A stretch of DNA of 63,308 nt, counting the filler. It is 4 parts of 4 records of this genome, joined end to end, with 100 filler letters (N's around TTAATTAATTAA, not from the genome) between each part and the next. Parts side by side here need not be neighbours in the genome. Positions count along the whole stretch, not along the records: positions 58,213 to 63,308 come from SRR31156797_1622; 3 more parts are not named here. The stretch is one strand, 5' to 3'. Positions 58,896 to 63,308 of this stretch are shown here, piece by piece (the first letter of the stretch is position 1; every line of letters begins with the position of its first letter). Below the pieces are notes generated by a model, which was not told the origin of the DNA, did not search any database, and saw only the letters and a program-made list of their open reading frames with translations. Made by a program: the position numbers and the translations under genes.

Positions 58896-59492
58896 ATGTC
58901 TAATGATGACTTCCAGCCTCAAGATGATTTAGAACTTTTTCATCAAATGATGGGCGATGTTAAACCTATCAAACAAGATACCGCCGAATTAAATAAATCT
59001 CATATGGTGACCGAAGCACAGCTGGCAAAACGTGAAGCGGCAACCAACCATTCCGATAATGACCCAGATTATCTCTCTATTGATCATGCTCCAATGCTAA
59101 AACCTGACGACCATATCGAATTCAAGCGTGATGGTGTTCAAGATGGCGTTTTCAAGAAAATGCGTTTAGGAAAATACCCTATTCAGGCGCGACTCGACCT
59201 GCATAGAAAAACATTGAAACAAGCGAGAGATGAAGTGATTGCTTTTGTTAATCAATGTATGCGTATGGATATCCGCACGGTCATCATTGTGCATGGGAAA
59301 GGTGAACGCTCAAATCCACCAGCACTGATGAAAAGCTTTGTTGCTCACTGGTTGACTCAAATGAAAGAAGTGCAATGCATTCATAGCGCCCAACGTTTTC
59401 ACGGTGGTACTGGTGCGCTCTATGTTCTTTTTAAGAAAAGCGCTGAGAAGAAAAACGAAAACCGGGAACGCCACCAAAAACGTCTTGGTTAA
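58896..59492 (+). CDS. smrA: Smr-domain endonuclease SmrA
   Basis: MGDVKP, LDLH, IVHGKG and HGGTGALYV. Confidence 0.88.
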   Translation: MSNDDFQPQDDLELFHQMMGDVKPIKQDTAELNKSHMVTEAQLAKREAATNHSDNDPDYLSIDHAPMLKPDDHIEFKRDGVQDGVFKKMRLGKYPIQARLDLHRKTLKQARDEVIAFVNQCMRMDIRTVIIVHGKGERSNPPALMKSFVAHWLTQMKEVQCIHSAQRFHGGTGALYVLFKKSAEKKNENRERHQKRLG

Positions 59493-59594
59493 ACTTACCC
59501 GTTGTAGAGGTATCTCGAGGTTACTTAAACCAAGATACCTGTTAGAATGCGCCGCAATTATCGACCATTCCGTTGTGAAACGTTAGGAGACAAC

Positions 59595-60617
59595 ATGTCA
59601 CAAGCCGAAGGCAAACGCCTAAATAAATACATTAGTGAAACAGGTTTTTGTTCACGTCGTGAAGCGGATAAGCTGATCGACCAAGGACGCGTGACCATTA
59701 ATGGCAAAGTGCCTGAGATGGGCACGAAAGTAACAGATTCCGATGAAGTGCTTGTTGACGGCAAGTCCCTGCGTGCTAAAGAAAAACCTATTTACATCGC
59801 TTTGAATAAACCCACCGGTATTACCTGTACCACCGAACGAGATATTCCGGGCAATATTGTCGATTTCATTGGCCATAAAAGCCGCATTTTCCCGATTGGC
59901 CGCTTAGACAAACCTTCTGATGGGCTTATCTTCCTAACGAACGATGGTGATATCGTTAACAAGATTCTTCGTGCTGGGAATAACCACGAAAAAGAGTATG
60001 TGGTTCGTGTCGATAAGCCGATTACGGATGATTTCTTAAAGCAGATGGGTTCTGGCGTTAAGATTCTCGATACCGTAACTCTGCCATGTAAAATTGAAAA
60101 AGAGACCAAGTTTTCGTTCCGTATCGTTCTGACTCAAGGGCTGAACCGTCAGATCCGTCGTATGTGTGAAGCTCTGGGTTATGAAGTATTTAAGCTGCGT
60201 CGTGTGCGCATTATGAATATTTCGCTTGATGGTATCCCAAATGGTCAATGGCGTTACCTGACTGATGCAGAAGTGTCAGAAATTTTGGCTATGTGTGAAG
60301 GCTCAACCGGTACAGAAGAAGCATCGAAAGTGGATGCTAAAGGACACAGAATTCGTAAAGCAACAGATGCCAAGCTTTTCGATAGCCGAGAAGAAAACAA
60401 AGAATCGAAAGCGCGACGTAACCAGAAATCGAGAACATTTCAGGGACACAATGCAGAAAACTTTCGCCATGCGCCAAACTCGAAAAAGGGCAAAGCTCGT
60501 AGCGAAGGCAACAAAAATCCAAATCGCTCTCGTCCAGCAAAGCCTCAAGCGACAAAAAATCACAATAAGCCTTCAACTGCACCACGCGTTGGCGGCACGC
60601 TCAGCTTGAAGAAGTAA
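59595..60617 (+). CDS. rluF: 23S rRNA pseudouridine(2604) synthase
   Basis: [19 protein letters not shown]4 domain, PIGRLDK, HEKEY and [12 protein letters not shown]. Confidence 0.93.
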   Translation: MSQAEGKRLNKYISETGFCSRREADKLIDQGRVTINGKVPEMGTKVTDSDEVLVDGKSLRAKEKPIYIALNKPTGITCTTERDIPGNIVDFIGHKSRIFPIGRLDKPSDGLIFLTNDGDIVNKILRAGNNHEKEYVVRVDKPITDDFLKQMGSGVKILDTVTLPCKIEKETKFSFRIVLTQGLNRQIRRMCEALGYEVFKLRRVRIMNISLDGIPNGQWRYLTDAEVSEILAMCEGSTGTEEASKVDAKGHRIRKATDAKLFDSREENKESKARRNQKSRTFQGHNAENFRHAPNSKKGKARSEGNKNPNRSRPAKPQATKNHNKPSTAPRVGGTLSLKK

Positions 60618-60622
60618 AAACG

Positions 60623-60650
60623 AAAAAGGGAGCCATAAGGCTCCCTTTTG
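60623..60650. terminator. Bidirectional terminator between rluF and upp
   Basis: AAAAGGGAGCC-ATAA-GGCTCCCTTTT. Confidence 0.85.
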
Positions 60651-60665
60651 CTAAATCGATTCGGA

Positions 60666-61292
60666 TTATTGAGTACCGAAGATTTTGTCACCTGCATCAC
60701 CAAGACCAGGAACAATGTAGCCTTTATCATTTAGCTTCTGGTCGATAGCAGCGGTGTAAAGTTCTACGTCTGGGTGAGCTTTTTCTAGCGCTTCAATACC
60801 TTCCGGTGCAGCAACAAGAACCAATACTTTAATTTGGTTACAACCTTTTTCTTTCAATAGATCGATAGTAGCAATCATTGAACCGCCAGTGGCTAGCATA
60901 GGGTCAACGACCAATGCAATACGCTCTTCGATATTTGAAGCTAGCTTGTTGAAGTATGGTACCGGCTCTAATGTTTCTTCATCACGGTAAATACCTACAA
61001 CACTGATACGTGCGCTTGGGATATGCTCTAAAACACCGTCCATCATGCCTAAACCAGCACGTAGAATTGGGACAACTGTTACTTTTTTACCTTTAATTTG
61101 GTCTACTTCTACAGGACCATTCCAACCAGTAATGGTTACTTTCTCAGTTTCAAAGTCTGCAGTTGCTTCATAAGTTAACAGGCTACCCACCTCTGTCGCT
61201 AACTCACGAAAACGCTTAGTGCTGATATCACCTTCTCTCATTAGACCAAGCTTATGTTTGACAAGAGGGTGTTTAACTTCAACAACTTTCAT
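60666..61292 (-). CDS. upp: Uracil phosphoribosyltransferase
   Basis: [18 protein letters not shown] and [11 protein letters not shown]; 208 aa. Confidence 0.97.
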   Translation of the reverse strand: MKVVEVKHPLVKHKLGLMREGDISTKRFRELATEVGSLLTYEATADFETEKVTITGWNGPVEVDQIKGKKVTVVPILRAGLGMMDGVLEHIPSARISVVGIYRDEETLEPVPYFNKLASNIEERIALVVDPMLATGGSMIATIDLLKEKGCNQIKVLVLVAAPEGIEALEKAHPDVELYTAAIDQKLNDKGYIVPGLGDAGDKIFGTQ

Positions 61293-61421
61293 TTCCATCT
61301 CCGGCATAAATTTAAATAAACCCTCAGATTATACACCTATTTATACCCAAGTAACCTCCAGATGGTTATTCCGCATGAATTTTAACGCTGTTTGATGATA
61401 GATAATCACGATAAAAAACTT

Positions 61422-61437
61422 ACGCAAACGTTTTCCT
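61422..61437 (+). promoter_or_regulatory. PurR box
   Basis: ACGCAAACGTTTTCCT between divergent upp and purM. Confidence 0.9.
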
Positions 61438-61500
61438 TTTTGTTTTAAGCCCTGTAGAATAGCGCCGTTTTCATATCCAACTAAACCGAGGAACTTCCCC

Positions 61501-62541
61501 GTGAGCGGTAACAAGACTTCACTTAGCTACAAAGATGCTGGCGTAGATATCGATGCAGGCAACGCACTTGTTGAACGAATTAAAGGTGCTGTAAAGCGTA
61601 CTCGTCGCCCCGAGGTAATGGGTGGCATTGGCGGCTTTGGCGCATTGTGTGAACTTCCAACTAAATACAAACAGCCTGTACTGGTTTCTGGTACGGATGG
61701 CGTGGGTACTAAACTTCGTCTTGCTTTGGATATGAAAAAGCATGACACCATTGGTATCGACTTAGTAGCAATGTGTGTAAACGACCTAATCGTACAAGGC
61801 GCTGAGCCTCTTTTCTTCCTTGATTACTATGCGACAGGCAAGCTGGATGTAGAAACCGCTGCAGATGTGGTTTCAGGTATTGCTGAAGGTTGTATTCAAG
61901 CTGGTTGTGCACTTATCGGTGGTGAAACAGCTGAAATGCCAGGTATGTACGAAGGCGAAGACTACGACGTTGCTGGCTTCTGTGTGGGTGTTGTAGAAAA
62001 AGAAGACATCATCGACGGCACAAAAGTCGCGGCGGGTGATGCACTCATCGCAGTGGGTTCTAGCGGCCCACACTCAAACGGTTACTCTCTGGTTCGTAAA
62101 ATTTTAGAAGTATCAGGTGCGGATAAAAATGAATTGCTCAATGGCAAAACTATCGGCGAACACCTACTTGAACCAACTAAAATCTACATCAAATCAGGTC
62201 TTAAGTTAACTGCAGAACACGACGTTCACGCAATTTCTCACATCACTGGTGGCGGTTTCTGGGAAAACATCCCTCGCGTACTTCCTGAAGGTACGAAAGC
62301 GGTTATCGACGGCAATAGCTGGAAATGGCCTGCAATTTTCAACTGGTTACAAGAAAAAGGTAACGTTGAAACTCGCGAAATGTACCGCACATTTAACTGT
62401 GGTGTTGGCCTAGTAATCGCTCTTCCACAAGACCAAGCAAAAGCTGCGGTTAAGTTGCTAGAGCAAGAAGGCGAAAAAGCGTGGGTTATCGGTGAAATTG
62501 CAGCGGCAAACGCTGACGAAGAGCAAGTAGAGATCAAGTAA
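61501..62541 (+). CDS. purM: Phosphoribosylformylglycinamidine cyclo-ligase
   Basis: [31 protein letters not shown] and HITGGG. Confidence 0.97.
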   Translation: MSGNKTSLSYKDAGVDIDAGNALVERIKGAVKRTRRPEVMGGIGGFGALCELPTKYKQPVLVSGTDGVGTKLRLALDMKKHDTIGIDLVAMCVNDLIVQGAEPLFFLDYYATGKLDVETAADVVSGIAEGCIQAGCALIGGETAEMPGMYEGEDYDVAGFCVGVVEKEDIIDGTKVAAGDALIAVGSSGPHSNGYSLVRKILEVSGADKNELLNGKTIGEHLLEPTKIYIKSGLKLTAEHDVHAISHITGGGFWENIPRVLPEGTKAVIDGNSWKWPAIFNWLQEKGNVETREMYRTFNCGVGLVIALPQDQAKAAVKLLEQEGEKAWVIGEIAAANADEEQVEIK

Positions 62542-62544
62542 CCA

Positions 62545-63183
62545 ATGAAAAGTATTGTTGTTTTAATTTCAGGAAATGGTACCAATTTACAAGCGATTAT
62601 CGATGCTTGTGAGACAAGCATTGATGGTGGCAGAGTAACGGCTGTTTTTTCGAATAAAGCAACTGCTTATGGCTTGGAACGAGCTAAAAAAGCAGGTGCG
62701 GCTGGCGTATTCGTTGATCCTAAAGCGTTTGAAACTCGCGATGCTTTCGATGCCGATTTGATGGCACAAATCGATGAATACAAGCCGGACCTTGTTATTT
62801 TGGCTGGTTACATGCGTATTCTAAGTAATGAGTTTGTTCGTCATTACTTAGGTCGTATGATAAATATTCACCCGTCTTTGTTACCCAAATACCCTGGCCT
62901 AAACACTTATCAACGTGCAATCCACGCTGGTGATGAAGAGCACGGTACGAGTGTTCATTTCGTTACAGAGCAACTGGATGGTGGCCCTGTCATTCTGCAA
63001 GCGAAAGTGCCAATCTTCGATGAAGATACAGTAGAAACATTGACAGACCGAGTTCAAACTCAGGAATACCGTATCTACCCTCTAGTAACACAGTGGTTTA
63101 TCGAAGGTCGTCTAGAGATGAAAGACGGAAAAGCACTGTTAGATGGTGAACCTTTAGGTATTCACGGCTACGCTGACGAGTAA
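62545..63183 (+). CDS. purN: Phosphoribosylglycinamide formyltransferase
   Basis: VLISGNGTNLQA, LAGYMRIL, NIHPSLLP and HFVTEQLDGGP. Confidence 0.97.
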   Translation: MKSIVVLISGNGTNLQAIIDACETSIDGGRVTAVFSNKATAYGLERAKKAGAAGVFVDPKAFETRDAFDADLMAQIDEYKPDLVILAGYMRILSNEFVRHYLGRMINIHPSLLPKYPGLNTYQRAIHAGDEEHGTSVHFVTEQLDGGPVILQAKVPIFDEDTVETLTDRVQTQEYRIYPLVTQWFIEGRLEMKDGKALLDGEPLGIHGYADE

Positions 63184-63202
63184 AACATCTCTTTCGATGA
63201 TT

Positions 63203-63236
63203 AAAAAACCGCTTTCTGTACAAAGCGGTTTTTTTG
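63203..63236 (+). terminator. Intrinsic terminator after purN
   Basis: AAAAAACCGCTTT-CTGTAC-AAAGCGGTTTTTTT. Confidence 0.85.
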
Positions 63237-63308
63237 TTTTCTAAGCCCATCTTATACTCAATAACGTTGAAAGGGATACATTCCTACCGTTATTAAGCTT
63301 GCTCTGAA

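Noticed and set aside
58896-63183. smrA-rluF-upp-purMN region
   Set aside because: Ordinary conserved gammaproteobacterial housekeeping arrangement.

Overview
This window is not one locus. It is four unrelated contigs joined by 100-nt N spacers carrying a TTAATTAATTAA linker (21375-21474, 33261-33360, 58113-58212), so gene neighbourhoods hold only within a segment. Taxonomic labels below are inferred from composition and protein style. Segment 1 (1-21374, GC-rich, Desulfobacterota-like) has: a cobalamin-riboswitch-led operon of a divergent TrpD-like phosphoribosyltransferase and a Zn-dehydrogenase::CobT fusion that the ORF track misses; a purine-flavoured cluster (cyclic amidohydrolase, HudA-like UbiD decarboxylase, ABM membrane protein, guanine deaminase, xpt); a PilB-linked Dif-like chemosensory operon ending in a 5'-nucleotidase; and a UvrD/PcrA helicase. 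Segment 2 (21475-33260, AT-rich, probably Fusobacteriota) has an orphan solute-binding protein, a hybrid kinase, an OmpR-family regulator, an SSS transporter, LacI, nfeD-floA, a nitroreductase and HU. Segment 3 (33361-58112, Bacteroidota, Marinifilaceae-like) has AsmA, an LruC-type lipoprotein, twin candidate sRNAs, a heavy-metal RND system preceded by His-rich and Cys-rich lipoproteins and an RGPP-ending leader, a 21-nt-period degenerate array ahead of an unknown helical protein, and a two-riboswitch B12 uptake locus. Segment 4 (58213-63308, Vibrio-like) has a tRNA-Pro with a degenerate upstream copy, DUF3149, smrA, rluF, upp, purM and purN. The best candidates for undescribed systems are the B12-regulated TrpD-like + MDR::CobT operon, the 21-nt array/helical-protein unit, the purine/UbiD cluster and the metal-leader/lipoprotein module. 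All calls come from reading motifs by eye; no database searches were run.
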